A stretch of 64,000 nt of DNA from Prochlorococcus sp. AG-355-P07 (lineage in GTDB: Bacteria > Cyanobacteriota > Cyanobacteriia > PCC-6307 > Cyanobiaceae). Made by a program: the position numbers and the translations under genes. The notes beneath the pieces are model-generated. The model made no database searches. It saw only the letters and a list, made by a program, of their open reading frames with translations, and had not been told where the DNA came from. Below, piece by piece: positions 63,408-64,000 of this stretch (the stretch's first letter is position 1; every line of letters begins with the position of its first letter). The stretch spans positions 25 to 64,024 of the forward strand of contig QCEN01000009.1 in assembly GCA_003280575.1 (NCBI GenBank), in the 5' to 3' direction.

Positions 63408-64000
63408 ATGTCTAAAAATTTATTGCCAGTTACTATTATTAGTGGATTTTTAGGTTCTGGCAAAACAACACTTCTGAATCATATTTTAAAAAATCAAGTT
63501 GGTATTAAAACAGCTGTTTTAGTGAACGAATTTGGAGAGATCGGAATAGATAATGACTTAATAATAGAAGGCTCAGAAGATATGATCGAATTAAATAATG
63601 GATGTATATGTTGCTCTATCAATGGCGAATTATTAAATACCGTATCCAAAGTTTTAGAAAGAGCTGAAAAATTAGACTATTTGATTGTTGAAACAACTGG
63701 ATTAGCAGATCCATTGCCAGTAGCCATGACTTTTGCGGCTGGTGATCTTCGAGAAAAAGTAAGATTAGATTCGATAATCACTGTCATTGATGGAGAAAAT
63801 TTTGATTTTGAAATTAATAATACAAGTGTCGCTTATTCTCAAATTTTATACGGAGATATCCTTCTTCTAAATAAATCTGATTTAGTAAATGAAAAACAAT
63901 TAAAGAAAATAGAGGAGTTTATAAATAAAATAAAAAAAGAACCAAGGATTTTGAGATCAACTAATAGTGAAGTTGCATTACATACAATAATGAGCGTGGG
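63408..64000 (+). CDS. CobW/HypB/UreG-family (COG0523) GTPase, N-terminal part; continues beyond the window
   Basis: My manual translation from the ATG at 63408 gives MSKNLLPVTIISGFLGSGKTTLLNHIL, a CxCC metal motif (NNGCICCSI) and ETTGLADP. Confidence 0.85.
   Translation, partial: MSKNLLPVTIISGFLGSGKTTLLNHILKNQVGIKTAVLVNEFGEIGIDNDLIIEGSEDMIELNNGCICCSINGELLNTVSKVLERAEKLDYLIVETTGLADPLPVAMTFAAGDLREKVRLDSIITVIDGENFDFEINNTSVAYSQILYGDILLLNKSDLVNEKQLKKIEEFINKIKKEPRILRSTNSEVALHTIMSV

Overview
This window reads as core chromosome from a high-light-adapted Prochlorococcus marinus-type picocyanobacterium. It looks very AT-rich by eye, genes are tightly packed, and many proteins are recognisable from memory; no database was searched. 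I found no rRNA, tRNA, CRISPR array, IS element or prophage. The main landmark is the complete alpha-carboxysome locus on the minus strand (3.7-12.5 kb): csoS1D, a divergent Ham1/rdgB gene, then csoS1-cbbL-cbbS-csoS2-csoSCA-csoS4A-csoS4B and the pterin-dehydratase-like acRAF. Next come the chlorophyll genes chlN-chlB-chlL and por, where chlL is split by a 1-nt frameshift. A 34-codon psaM is missing from the ORF track. Further on are the alkane module (SDR-accA-aar-ado), ilvB, hemH and an orphan tyrosine recombinase. The rest is housekeeping: pyrH-frr, tal, ftsI, lepB, proS, psb27, purA, argB, priA, rpoD, hemC and others. The most interesting unexplained signal is an exact 14-nt word, TTGAACATTCCACA. 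It occurs three times, always intergenic: twice in the csoS1/Ham1 control region and once between priA and rpoD. A one-mismatch inverted copy lies on the Ham1 TTG start codon, and one copy sits in the loop of an 8-11 bp GC-rich stem. Other points worth a second look:
- the chlL frameshift in an A6 run
- two family-I pyrophosphatases, where the typical cyanobacterial copy has substitutions at catalytic positions
- a YfiH/PgeF-like gene whose conserved N-terminus has no canonical start codon
- strong intercistronic hairpins within the cbbL-cbbS-csoS2 transcript
I see no clear multi-gene novel system such as a defence island. The gene content is ordinary conserved core genome, and the novelty candidates are cis-elements and gene-state anomalies.
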